This document shows positions 9,666 through 18,315 of a stretch of 31,673 nucleotides of DNA, piece after piece. A program made the translations under genes and the position numbers. Origin of the DNA: a virus (Duplodnaviria; Caudoviricetes); the IMG/VR virus record IMGVR_UViG_3300026085_000006, positions 1-31,673 of that record. The stretch is one strand, 5' to 3'. Position 1 is the first letter of the stretch; every line of letters begins with the position of its first letter. The notes under the pieces were generated by a model. It did not search any database, was not told where the DNA came from, and saw nothing but the letters and a program-made list of their open reading frames with translations.

Positions 9666-10684
9666 ACAGTATTTAGCCAGTATTTGTACAGTTTTTCACT
9701 GGCGAGGTTTTTTGCTTTAGATTCGACCATAATATCTGCATAGTCTCGGAATGATAATGCCCAGTCGTTAACTGCTGTATTCCACATAAAATCTGAGTGG
9801 GCACGTAGTTTTGCTTTCTTGTAACCTTGTTCTAACAGCATATCTCTATTAGGTAATATAGTATTATCAAAGTCTACAAGATAATCTTCACGTGAAACAG
9901 AATAATGTATTACAGGCCTTACACCACGCCAACTGTCAACTATACGAGCAAATCTATCGTCGGTGGGTAATATGTATTCTCCACAATTGACCCAGTGGTG
10001 GTGTATGTCAAGAACGAGTGCGACGTGGGAGGCAAGTTCGAGACTGGCATCAATGCCCCACGATAGTTCGTCGTTCTCAATAGTAATACAGTTTCGTGCT
10101 TCTGGAGTGAGTCTTGGAAGGACGTCGATGATACCGGCTGGACCTCTTCGTCCTGCGATGTGGACGTTACACTTGAAGTCTTGCCAATTCTTGCCGTAAC
10201 CCATCCACCTAATGACGTCAACATGGTATTCAAACTCCTCTATACTTCTATTTACTATATCTTCGTTGTCAGATGCCAACACAGTAAACTGACCAGGATG
10301 CATACTAAGCCTAACATCAAGTTCTCTTGCAACTTCGCCGACCCTTGCGAAATGTGTTTCGCAATACTTGACCACGTCAGGTAGTTTCCAGTAATAGCAC
10401 CAAGTAGGCTCAGTGTATACAGGAAGGACATCACTGCCCAATCTAACCATTCGTAATTCATGTGGTAAACTCCCTACGTATCTAATCAAGTTCTCATATG
10501 ACTTGATATTATGTACCATAATATCCCACAGTCGTTCTTCTGCAACTTCTTTGGTTTGTCTGTTTAGCCATGCAACAGTTGTGCTTCTTGTGTTTAAAGG
10601 ACGCTGTATCTCCTCGAGAAGTTTCTTCTTCTGAGTCTGATCAGGGTGCATATACTTGCAGGCAAAACCTATACGTTTAGTCAT
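9599..10684 (-). CDS. uvdE: UV damage endonuclease (UvdE/UvsE)
   Basis: RIGFACK, RLSMHPGQFTVLAS, NVHIAG, ITIEND, VLDIHHHW, RAHSD and DIMVESKAKNLA motifs. Confidence 0.94.
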   Translation of the reverse strand: MTKRIGFACKYMHPDQTQKKKLLEEIQRPLNTRSTTVAWLNRQTKEVAEERLWDIMVHNIKSYENLIRYVGSLPHELRMVRLGSDVLPVYTEPTWCYYWKLPDVVKYCETHFARVGEVARELDVRLSMHPGQFTVLASDNEDIVNRSIEEFEYHVDVIRWMGYGKNWQDFKCNVHIAGRRGPAGIIDVLPRLTPEARNCITIENDELSWGIDASLELASHVALVLDIHHHWVNCGEYILPTDDRFARIVDSWRGVRPVIHYSVSREDYLVDFDNTILPNRDMLLEQGYKKAKLRAHSDFMWNTAVNDWALSFRDYADIMVESKAKNLASEKLYKYWLNTVCDLNNSKVVKEHAQELVSAKA

Positions 10685-11381
10685 AATCTTTTAATATATC
10701 CCAAGTTTCTTTATAGTCTTTTATAGTATAACAAAAACCTCTACCTTTGTCAAGTATTACTTTCTTTAACGGATAGTCATTGCCTTCCTTGTGCATTGCA
10801 TCACCAAAAAAATGCAGTTCTTCTCCGTCATCAAAATATTTTAGAATCTGTGATTTATCGCTGTGCTTTTTGGAAATATCAATACCTGTCTCGCCTCCGA
10901 CTTTTGCATTAACATTTGGAAACCTTACATTAAGCATATCAGCAATTCGATTACGCTCGTTATGTTCTTTATCAAATTTAACATAAAGCATACGTTCGCC
11001 TAATGTTGCATTACGTCCTACGATACTGAAATTACACATACCTGTGCGATGTTCAAAATGTAATCCTGTACGTAAAACAAACTTACTTTCTGTAAGAAAC
11101 CCAGATAGCCATTCTTCTACATCTTTTGGTAATACCCAATAATCTTTAAAAATGTTTTTTTTGCTTTGCCAAATATCGGATCCATTACAGTTATATACTC
11201 TCCAGCAAAGATTGTAAGTGTCGTTGCCTATCTGTTCTACTGTTTTTTCTTTATCACTTCCTGTAACTAATGATACTTTATTTTTAATACAAAAATTATT
11301 AAAGAACTTTTTAAAGTCTGGATCTATATTTCGTCTACTTGGTGTTATTGTGCCGTCAACGTCGAATATAAAGTGTTTCAT
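10677..11381 (-). CDS. HAD-IIB family phosphomannomutase-like enzyme
   Basis: FDVDGTITP, TGSD, EHRTGMCNFSIVGRN, GGETGIDI and FFGDxxxxxGNDYPL follow the motif order of eukaryotic-type PMM. Confidence 0.85.
   Translation of the reverse strand: MKHFIFDVDGTITPSRRNIDPDFKKFFNNFCIKNKVSLVTGSDKEKTVEQIGNDTYNLCWRVYNCNGSDIWQSKKNIFKDYWVLPKDVEEWLSGFLTESKFVLRTGLHFEHRTGMCNFSIVGRNATLGERMLYVKFDKEHNERNRIADMLNVRFPNVNAKVGGETGIDISKKHSDKSQILKYFDDGEELHFFGDAMHKEGNDYPLKKVILDKGRGFCYTIKDYKETWDILKDYD
10725..10753 (-). promoter_or_regulatory. Sigma70-like promoter for uvdE, inside the 3' end of the HAD gene
   Basis: TTGACA-N17-TATACT with TG before -10. Confidence 0.75.
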
Positions 11382-12076
11382 TTCCAGTTATCCTTACACC
11401 ACTGATCAACACAATTATGTGGGTGAGGCTCTCCATGAAATACAGCAACAGAAGTTGTTGGTTTAATTTTAGGTTCACCCGGAATAGTAAAGTTTCTTAC
11501 ACCATTGATTCGAGTCATTTGTGGTTTTCCTCTCATTTCCCATTTGTAACTTTGAATCCATTCTTCTGGCCAAAAACACCAATTGTTTCTTATTTGACTA
11601 TAAATCCAATCTTGATCTCCGTGCATTCTTTTTGTAGCAATAAACTGTTGTTCTACAAATGTAGTCCATACATGATTCTGTGTACCGCTTTTAAATCTAA
11701 ACACACTTGAGTTCATCTTTTTCCAGTCGCTTCTAAGATGTCTATTGAAATCACGAATGATACAGAACTTGTCTTCATTGTATGTAAACAGATTATCAAT
11801 GTTATTAAAAATAATAACATCAAGATCAAAGTAAAGAATATTTCCATTGATAGATAAATCTGGATTAAAAAAATAAGGTTTATACCACCAACCTTGAACA
11901 GGTAGTTTAGGTAATGGCAAAACTCTTATTCCAGACTGTATGCCATTTGAATTATCTGTAAAACAAACAAATTCGTAAGGAACTGTTGTATTACGTGCAA
12001 CCATATTGGCTAACACGTTAACATAATCTGAACTATACTTGTCGCCCCACTTAAGGCACACAACATAGTTTTTCAT
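11378..12076 (-). CDS. GT-A fold glycosyltransferase (GT8-like)
   Basis: VCLKWGDKY, FVCFTD, DxD motif LYFDLDVII, NSSVF, GDQDWI, VFHGEPHP. Confidence 0.78.
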   Translation of the reverse strand: MKNYVVCLKWGDKYSSDYVNVLANMVARNTTVPYEFVCFTDNSNGIQSGIRVLPLPKLPVQGWWYKPYFFNPDLSINGNILYFDLDVIIFNNIDNLFTYNEDKFCIIRDFNRHLRSDWKKMNSSVFRFKSGTQNHVWTTFVEQQFIATKRMHGDQDWIYSQIRNNWCFWPEEWIQSYKWEMRGKPQMTRINGVRNFTIPGEPKIKPTTSVAVFHGEPHPHNCVDQWCKDNWK

Positions 12077-12079
12077 TTC

Positions 12080-12529
12080 TTATCCTTCGTAGATTGCTGA
12101 ATTAGCACCGTGTTCTGCACACTCAACCTTGACACAATAACAACGATTATCTGTTGCTTCTCTAATAAGTTTGTCTGCAAAGTTAAATGCGTGTTCGGCA
12201 AATTTCTCTGCACCAACACCGTCAAACTCTCTTACCTCACACAAGTCTTTATCTTGTAGATCATAAAAGTCTTGTTTGTGCGGATCATTAATATCAACAC
12301 ACAGTTTGTGATCAAAGTTATCTTCTAACCAAGCCTTTAAAGGTTTTAGTCCTCCAAAGTCTACTGCCCAGTTTTTGTTATCCAATTCATCACAACCAAA
12401 TGTAAATGTAAATGCTAATGAATAACCATGAAGCAGATGACAATGTGAATGATCTGCGTTTGGTTGTCTAAAGACAGCACTCAACCCAATGTTGTGTCCG
12501 TAATGTTTTGTACTATAATGTTTTCCCAT
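12080..12529 (-). CDS. queD: 6-carboxytetrahydropterin synthase / PTPS family (QueD-like)
   Basis: CHLLHGY (CxxxHG motif), VDFGGLK, FDHK, AEKFA, C-terminal EHGANSAIY. AGGAG SD. Confidence 0.88.
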   Translation of the reverse strand: MGKHYSTKHYGHNIGLSAVFRQPNADHSHCHLLHGYSLAFTFTFGCDELDNKNWAVDFGGLKPLKAWLEDNFDHKLCVDINDPHKQDFYDLQDKDLCEVREFDGVGAEKFAEHAFNFADKLIREATDNRCYCVKVECAEHGANSAIYEG

Positions 12530-12535
12530 TATTAT

Positions 12536-12582
12536 CTCCTACTAATAACGGCGGCAGAATTAGAAGGGTTGACGCCAAGTCC
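12536..12582 (-). ncRNA. Candidate cis-regulatory RNA (H-type pseudoknot covering the queD SD)
   Basis: P1 GGCGUCA (12576-12570) / UGCCGCC (12556-12550). Loop CCUUCUAAU (12567-12559) pairs with AUUAGUAGG (12546-12538), overlapping the AGGAG SD. Confidence 0.55.
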
Positions 12583-12595
12583 TTTTATTCTGTAT

Positions 12596-12624
12596 ATTAT
12601 ACAGAATTTATTATTCTTTGTCAA
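12596..12624 (-). promoter_or_regulatory. Consensus sigma70 promoter for queD
   Basis: TTGACA-N17-TATAAT. The -10 lies within a 10-bp perfect inverted repeat at 12587-12607. Confidence 0.85.
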
Positions 12625-13252
12625 CCGGTAAATGACCATAATGATGCATTTTGGCGGCAACCAAAGGAATAAGTTTTTTACGCATTGTATTAAAACTTAC
12701 TGTAATTCGTTTTTCAGTTGGATTTGGATCTGTTCTATGCTCTAACCAACTTGGAAATATTAATAGCAATCCTGTACGTGGTCTACAACTTGCAAAGTAA
12801 CTGCTATATGGATTTTGATTTTCGAAGACATCGTTCATGCGTAATGGACGTAATGGAGATTCAAAAATTAATGGACAACTTCCTTCGTCAACATATGGAT
12901 AAAATGCTCCACTTATAACACTACCTTCATGCCTATGTTTATCTACTTGCCCGTCTTTTCCTAATACATTAAACCAACTTGTACCTAAAATACTTTCTTC
13001 AAGTCCTGCATCTTTACAGTATAAATCAATACAATTTTGTATATCTGCTCTTAACTTTTTTAGTTCTGGATTGAATAAAAATTCTTCGTCACCATTTATA
13101 AAACTGCTTTTGCCTCCGATAATTAAACCGTGATCTCCAGTTTCATATTTGTCAATTATTTCTAAACACTTTTCAATTTCACTGTGTCCATTTAAATCAA
13201 ATGCACTTACAAGTGTAGGAAATAAGGATAGGTTTTCTTGGTTATACATCAC
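12611..13252 (-). CDS. Putative 2OG-Fe(II) oxygenase (TIGR02466-like)
   Basis: LFPT start, SWFN, HRH...SVISGAFY, LLIFPSWLEH, RITVSFN. Confidence 0.85.
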   Translation of the reverse strand: MMYNQENLSLFPTLVSAFDLNGHSEIEKCLEIIDKYETGDHGLIIGGKSSFINGDEEFLFNPELKKLRADIQNCIDLYCKDAGLEESILGTSWFNVLGKDGQVDKHRHEGSVISGAFYPYVDEGSCPLIFESPLRPLRMNDVFENQNPYSSYFASCRPRTGLLLIFPSWLEHRTDPNPTEKRITVSFNTMRKKLIPLVAAKMHHYGHLPVDKE

Positions 13253-13856
13253 TATATTTTAACATCTCTTTAAACTGTGTCAAGTTAAAAAATGATACGT
13301 TTTCCTTTTTCCAACTGTCTGGCATCTCCCAAGACTCTTCATTAAAGATTCTAAATTGTTTGTTAGGAAAGTGATCAAATAATTTTGAAATTTGATGAAT
13401 CCAAAAACTCGGATCTACTGCACGAGAATCTGCACTATCGTAATTAGGTGTTCCCTTGTAAATATTATTCACAGTGTTAGATTTGCTATGTAAATCAAAA
13501 CCTAATAAATCAATAGTATCATTCTCATTAGATAATAAACACCCAATATAAACAGCATAAGGACCACTACCCCAATGAAACGGTTGATCATGTTTAGCAT
13601 CACTGCTATACCAAAGACCTGGAACCGAATTTACATTGTGATGTCCGCCAAAGTCTTCCTTCCAATCTGGTCTTGTCCAAACACCTGATTTTAAATTAAC
13701 ATATTTTTTTATAATTTCTGTGACCATACGTCTATCACAAGCAACAATATGACGTACTTTTGCTTCGCGAAAAATAGCATTACAACCTACCTTAACGCAG
13801 TTTAGGTTGTCTATTTTAATACCTTTTCGGCTTTCTCCGTTACCAATTATCAGCAT
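13242..13856 (-). CDS. DUF115/MAF-like (sialyltransferase-like fold) protein
   Basis: IIGNGESR, VGCNAIFR, VACD, SGPYA, LLGFDL, NIYKGTPNY pattern. Function inferred only. Confidence 0.6.
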   Translation of the reverse strand: MLIIGNGESRKGIKIDNLNCVKVGCNAIFREAKVRHIVACDRRMVTEIIKKYVNLKSGVWTRPDWKEDFGGHHNVNSVPGLWYSSDAKHDQPFHWGSGPYAVYIGCLLSNENDTIDLLGFDLHSKSNTVNNIYKGTPNYDSADSRAVDPSFWIHQISKLFDHFPNKQFRIFNEESWEMPDSWKKENVSFFNLTQFKEMLKYSDV

Positions 13857-13860
13857 ACGG

Positions 13861-13873
13861 TATTTAATAAATA
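13861..13873. promoter_or_regulatory. Back-to-back late-type promoters (TATTTA-A-TAAATA)
   Basis: Palindromic pair between divergent genes. The minus copy is 4 nt before ATG 13856; the plus copy precedes the SD AGGA and ATG 13901. Confidence 0.65.
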
Positions 13874-13900
13874 CATATAACGATAGGAAAAATACTGGCT

Positions 13901-16870
13901 ATGCCGACAGCAATACACGATATATTTAGATTTATTAAACTTTATTCATCTGATGGAAGTACTCTTGAGTTCACTTTAGAGGCAGATTCAGTACAAGACA
14001 GTCTTAGCATTAGACGAGGTGATGGTGTAAGTTGGAATGTACCAACTGTTGCACCAGGCGGAACTATTGCTGTCACTGTAGGAGTACACACAGGAACAGG
14101 CCAAATCACAGGTGCATATTATCTTGACGGTATAGAAAGAAAAGCAATTACACTTGTAAAAGGACATACCTACACATTTGATCAAAGTGATGCATCAAAT
14201 GCCGGCTTTGGTGGTTATAACCATCCAATGACATTTTCTAATACTGAGGACGGTTCAGTAAGTGGTGCAATTACCGGAGATGAATATGCTACAGGTGTTA
14301 CATATTATATAGATGATGTTGCTGTTTCTAAAGCAGATTATAGATTACAATTTACAACTACAACAAATAGAAAAATAGTTCTGGAACTAAATGATTCAGC
14401 ACCTAATACGTTCTGGTATCATTCACACGATAATACAGATCAAGGTGGAACAATTACTACATCAACTGGTAATGATGTAATGATGATTGATGTTGATTAT
14501 AGTTTAGATGTACCACCAGGAACTACAAGAGTAGAACTTACAGATGTAAACGCGGCAACTACAGGTGTTGATTTTAGTGCGGCAGGCGGTATTACACTTA
14601 CAAGAAAAAATGCAAATGAAATTGAAATTGGATCATTTGCTGTTGCAGAAATAGATACGCTACATAGTGTAACAACCAGAAATGCAATTACTACTAACAA
14701 GTTATTCATGGAAGACCTTGAAGTAGGAGATGTGCAGAGTGCAACACAAGATGGTTTTGCAACATTTGATAGTACACTTGAAGGTACAGGTACAATAGGT
14801 GATGCACTTAAATTAAAAGTTGTTAATAGATCTACTACAACAAATACAACAACAATCACACACAATTTTACAAGTCAACCTGCACAAGGTTACTTAAATT
14901 ACACAATCGGTTATCAGTTAGATAGCGGTACAACAGCGACAGCCGTATCAGCAACAATACAAAGATTTAATGGTGTAACTTGGGACACAGTTGATACAGT
15001 AAGTGGTGTTGCTGGTATTCCATATGAAGTGTCAAACTTGTATAATGAAACAAGTGCTTCAGGAGGTCAATACAGAGTTGTATATGCTATTACTGGTAAT
15101 ACAGGAACTATTACACTCGAACTTCAAGCATATTACGAAATTTTAGAAATTACAAATAATCCTGTACTAAGAACTGAAAGTGCAGTAGGTACATTAAGAA
15201 CACGTGACCTTGCACCATTAGGTGTAAACGATATCGGTAGAGGCAGTGAGCCATATGACAATGTATATGCTAACACATTCCACGGACATCTACAAGGAAC
15301 AGTTGACGGTAACCTAACAGGTAATGTAACAGGTGATGTTAAGGGTTCAGTGTTTGGAGATGACAGCACAGCAATTATTGACAGTATAAACAACACTGCT
15401 ACACTTGCAGAATTAGATGTAGACGACATTAATATAAATGGCAGTATTATAACTTCCAGTAGTAATTTCACTATACGATCTGAGAATCCTCGAAATCTAA
15501 CTATAGATTCAGGGCAGGACTTAGAGTTATATAGTGATTTTGGTAATACACTTATTAATTCAGGTGGAACTTTAACATTTTCTGCCGTAAGTGGTATTAA
15601 TATTAATTCACCAGTAAACACAGTTATCTTCGGAACTGGTGGATTTGTTGGTGACTTAACAGGTTCAGTATACGGTCCAGACTCGACTATAGTTATCGAT
15701 AACAACGGCGTTATCTTTGGTGAAATTAATAATGCTAACATTGCTACTGCTAATTTAGAAGCAAGTTACTTTACTGATCAAACAGGTGTTATTACTGGAG
15801 GAGCAATTACAGCCTTTTCTGTACAATCTCCAGTGTACGGTACAGACGCAACAACGTTGCTTGTTGATGTGGCAAACAATCAAATTGTTGGTGAAGTAAA
15901 TGCTGATATTAACAAGACAGGTGCATTAACGATAGCATCTGATACAAGCGTTGCTGTTAATGGAACTGGTGTAATTGCATTTAACAGTGGCGTAGGTGCT
16001 GACGCAACTGGTAAACTTATTAACAGTTCTAATGCGGCTCAACCATTTACTATTGGAAGTCCTGTTACGCTTGAAAAAGAATTTAGAGCATTTCCAGGTG
16101 CTCAAGAAGTTACATTATACACAAATGTAACAACTGGAACTTATGATATTGATACAAGTGCAACACAAAACGTTTATTGGAATCAGCCAAGCGGTGCTCT
16201 TGTTGCTAACTTTACTAATCTAAACACTGATACACAACGTTTGAGAAAATGTAGAATCTTCATTAACACAGGTGCTACTGCTGTAATTCCTTCAATTGAA
16301 ATTAATGGTGTGGCACAAGCATTTTCAAATATAGGTCCAGTAGCGGCACAAATTAACACAATTAATGTATTTGAATTCTGGTTCTACAGAACACATACAA
16401 ATACTTGGGAAATTTTCTGTAAGAATGTTGATGCAAATGCATATGACCTTCAAGCAATCACAGACTATGGTGCAACTACAACTAACTCAATTACCACAGC
16501 AGGTGTTGATGCTGGTAGTGGAACCATTCAAACCACAGGTACTGTTCAAGGTGGAAGTGGATCATTTAATGGTGTTCCAACTCCGACAAGAGGTGGCGAA
16601 CTTACATTAGGTGTTACTCCAAGTTGGTCAGGTAGCGTTGGTATTACTCCTACAAGACAAAGTGCAGGTAACTATAGACTAACATTCTCAAGTGCTTATG
16701 CAGGATCAACAGACTATAGTGTATTAGTAACAGGAATGGATACCACTGGTGAAGTTGTTTATGATATTACACGAGCAACAACACACGTAGATATTGCTGT
16801 ATCAACAGCAGGAAGCACACAATCAGCAGTTGATGCCGGTGCCCTTACAGTTGTAGTTTACGAATTCTAA
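13901..16870 (+). CDS. 989-aa tail fibre-like virion protein
   Basis: T/G/S/N-rich, cupredoxin-like module (TYTFDQSDASN..HPMTFS..APNTFWY), repeated GDxxGSVxGxDSTxxxD modules, beta-rich C-terminal domain. Confidence 0.82.
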   Translation: MPTAIHDIFRFIKLYSSDGSTLEFTLEADSVQDSLSIRRGDGVSWNVPTVAPGGTIAVTVGVHTGTGQITGAYYLDGIERKAITLVKGHTYTFDQSDASNAGFGGYNHPMTFSNTEDGSVSGAITGDEYATGVTYYIDDVAVSKADYRLQFTTTTNRKIVLELNDSAPNTFWYHSHDNTDQGGTITTSTGNDVMMIDVDYSLDVPPGTTRVELTDVNAATTGVDFSAAGGITLTRKNANEIEIGSFAVAEIDTLHSVTTRNAITTNKLFMEDLEVGDVQSATQDGFATFDSTLEGTGTIGDALKLKVVNRSTTTNTTTITHNFTSQPAQGYLNYTIGYQLDSGTTATAVSATIQRFNGVTWDTVDTVSGVAGIPYEVSNLYNETSASGGQYRVVYAITGNTGTITLELQAYYEILEITNNPVLRTESAVGTLRTRDLAPLGVNDIGRGSEPYDNVYANTFHGHLQGTVDGNLTGNVTGDVKGSVFGDDSTAIIDSINNTATLAELDVDDININGSIITSSSNFTIRSENPRNLTIDSGQDLELYSDFGNTLINSGGTLTFSAVSGININSPVNTVIFGTGGFVGDLTGSVYGPDSTIVIDNNGVIFGEINNANIATANLEASYFTDQTGVITGGAITAFSVQSPVYGTDATTLLVDVANNQIVGEVNADINKTGALTIASDTSVAVNGTGVIAFNSGVGADATGKLINSSNAAQPFTIGSPVTLEKEFRAFPGAQEVTLYTNVTTGTYDIDTSATQNVYWNQPSGALVANFTNLNTDTQRLRKCRIFINTGATAVIPSIEINGVAQAFSNIGPVAAQINTINVFEFWFYRTHTNTWEIFCKNVDANAYDLQAITDYGATTTNSITTAGVDAGSGTIQTTGTVQGGSGSFNGVPTPTRGGELTLGVTPSWSGSVGITPTRQSAGNYRLTFSSAYAGSTDYSVLVTGMDTTGEVVYDITRATTHVDIAVSTAGSTQSAVDAGALTVVVYEF

Positions 16871-16873
16871 AAA

Positions 16874-17176
16874 TTATTTTTTAAGATCTTTTTTTAAAGA
16901 TTTAATTTCCTCAATTACTCTTTCGAATCTTTTTGTAGTTTTATTAAGTAATTCATTTAAATCTTTTACAGCAAATATAACCCACCACCACCAAGTAAAT
17001 GCTACTACAGCAAAAAGCAAAGCAGTAAGTCCTATAAAATAATCTGTAAGTGTTTCGAAATCAAAAAATATAATAAGCGACAGTGCAGTTAGAGCAGTTA
17101 GTGGTGCTACTTTACCAATCCAACTCCATATCTTTACTTGTCGTGCGATTGTGAAATCTTTAAATTTTTTAAACAA
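16874..17176 (-). CDS. Membrane protein, two TM helices plus C-terminal coiled coil
   Basis: Two hydrophobic stretches ending in WWWW, then a heptad-like K/E-rich tail. TTG start with GAGG upstream. Confidence 0.72.
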   Translation of the reverse strand: MFKKFKDFTIARQVKIWSWIGKVAPLTALTALSLIIFFDFETLTDYFIGLTALLFAVVAFTWWWWVIFAVKDLNELLNKTTKRFERVIEEIKSLKKDLKK

Positions 17177-17179
17177 TGT

Positions 17180-18307
17180 CTACCCCTCAATATGACCAAA
17201 GGGTTTCCATTCTCCTGGTGTACCTTCACGTACACATATAAAGCCTATCCACCCACCTGGTACTGGTTCGTTATTCCAAATAATATCACCTTTGCTCCAC
17301 AACCCTGTTGTTGGAGCGGCACTTCCTCTTCCAAACTTCTTACCTTCAAACTTGATTGGCCCTGCGACTTCAAAATTTGCACTTGGATTAGAAACACCAA
17401 ATCCCACTTTACCAAACACAGAAACTTTTGTTTCGCTGTTACCTGATTGACCAATAGTAACGTGTCCGTATTGTGAAATTGTAATTCTTGGTGTATTATC
17501 AGTTATAACTTGTAATTCAGATGTAGAATATGTTCCAAGTTTGACTGACTCATTTATAGGATCAATAATAAATTCTGCACGTTCACTGCTAATACTTAAC
17601 TGTCCGTTTGGTGCTTCTGTACCAATAGACATACGCATCGCCGCGCCGTCCCAGAATATAAAGTCGTCAACGTTTAAATCACCGTCGACAATTAATCCTT
17701 GTAATCTGCCTACTGTGCGTAGACTTGATTTAGTTACTGTTTCGCCTAAAGTGTCTGTTGTTAACACAGGAACTTGATCGATTTGATAAGACGAATCTCT
17801 GTGCAAATCAATTGGTTCTGTGCTGTATAGCCTATTTGGGTTAGTTTGTAAGATAAATGATTTAATTGTACCTGCGCCTTGCCACACAAGACCTTTACCA
17901 ATTGGTGTGTCTCCGTTGCTGGAATCAAATACAAGTGAATCACTTCTTTCTTGCCTAATGTCAGCAGTAAGTTCATTAACGTGTAGACTATTACACTCAA
18001 GGTGTCCTTCTACTGTTAATGCTCCTTGTACTGTTGTGTCTCCTGAAATGTTATCTACATTTACAGTATCAACAGTAATGCCATTGTTATCAACCAACAA
18101 GATAGTCTTATTAGCACTGTCTGTAATACCTGTGCTACGGAACTGTGTAATTTTACCGCCTTGGATATGATTACCAGTTAACTGTCTTTCTTGGATAGGT
18201 TGCTGGGGCACAACACGATTTGCTATTGTTTCAATAGCGGTTCCGAGTTCTGCTAACCCTTGTTTTACCTTAATGATTTCGTTATTGTCAATGTCATTGT
18301 ACTGCAT
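17180..18307 (-). CDS. Virion structural / fibre-like protein
   Basis: Beta-repeat composition. C-terminal APTTGLWSKGDIIWNNEPVPGGWIGFICVREGTPGEWKPFG domain typical of tailspike termini. TAAATA 5 nt before ATG. Confidence 0.78.
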   Translation of the reverse strand: MQYNDIDNNEIIKVKQGLAELGTAIETIANRVVPQQPIQERQLTGNHIQGGKITQFRSTGITDSANKTILLVDNNGITVDTVNVDNISGDTTVQGALTVEGHLECNSLHVNELTADIRQERSDSLVFDSSNGDTPIGKGLVWQGAGTIKSFILQTNPNRLYSTEPIDLHRDSSYQIDQVPVLTTDTLGETVTKSSLRTVGRLQGLIVDGDLNVDDFIFWDGAAMRMSIGTEAPNGQLSISSERAEFIIDPINESVKLGTYSTSELQVITDNTPRITISQYGHVTIGQSGNSETKVSVFGKVGFGVSNPSANFEVAGPIKFEGKKFGRGSAAPTTGLWSKGDIIWNNEPVPGGWIGFICVREGTPGEWKPFGHIEG

Positions 18308-18315
18308 AACATTAT

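Noticed and set aside
12590-12604. CTGT-N7-ACAG as an SOS (LexA) box
   Set aside because: The E. coli-type box is CTGT-N8-ACAG; spacing is one base short. Kept only as a generic palindrome.
13256-13283. TTGACA-N16-TAAAAT possible promoter before the 12611-13252 gene
   Set aside because: Suboptimal spacing and -10, inside a CDS; too weak to list.
13988-16610. ORFs at 13988, 14497, 15133 (202 aa, minus) and 16365 (plus)
   Set aside because: Antisense or off-frame shadows of the 989-aa fibre gene.
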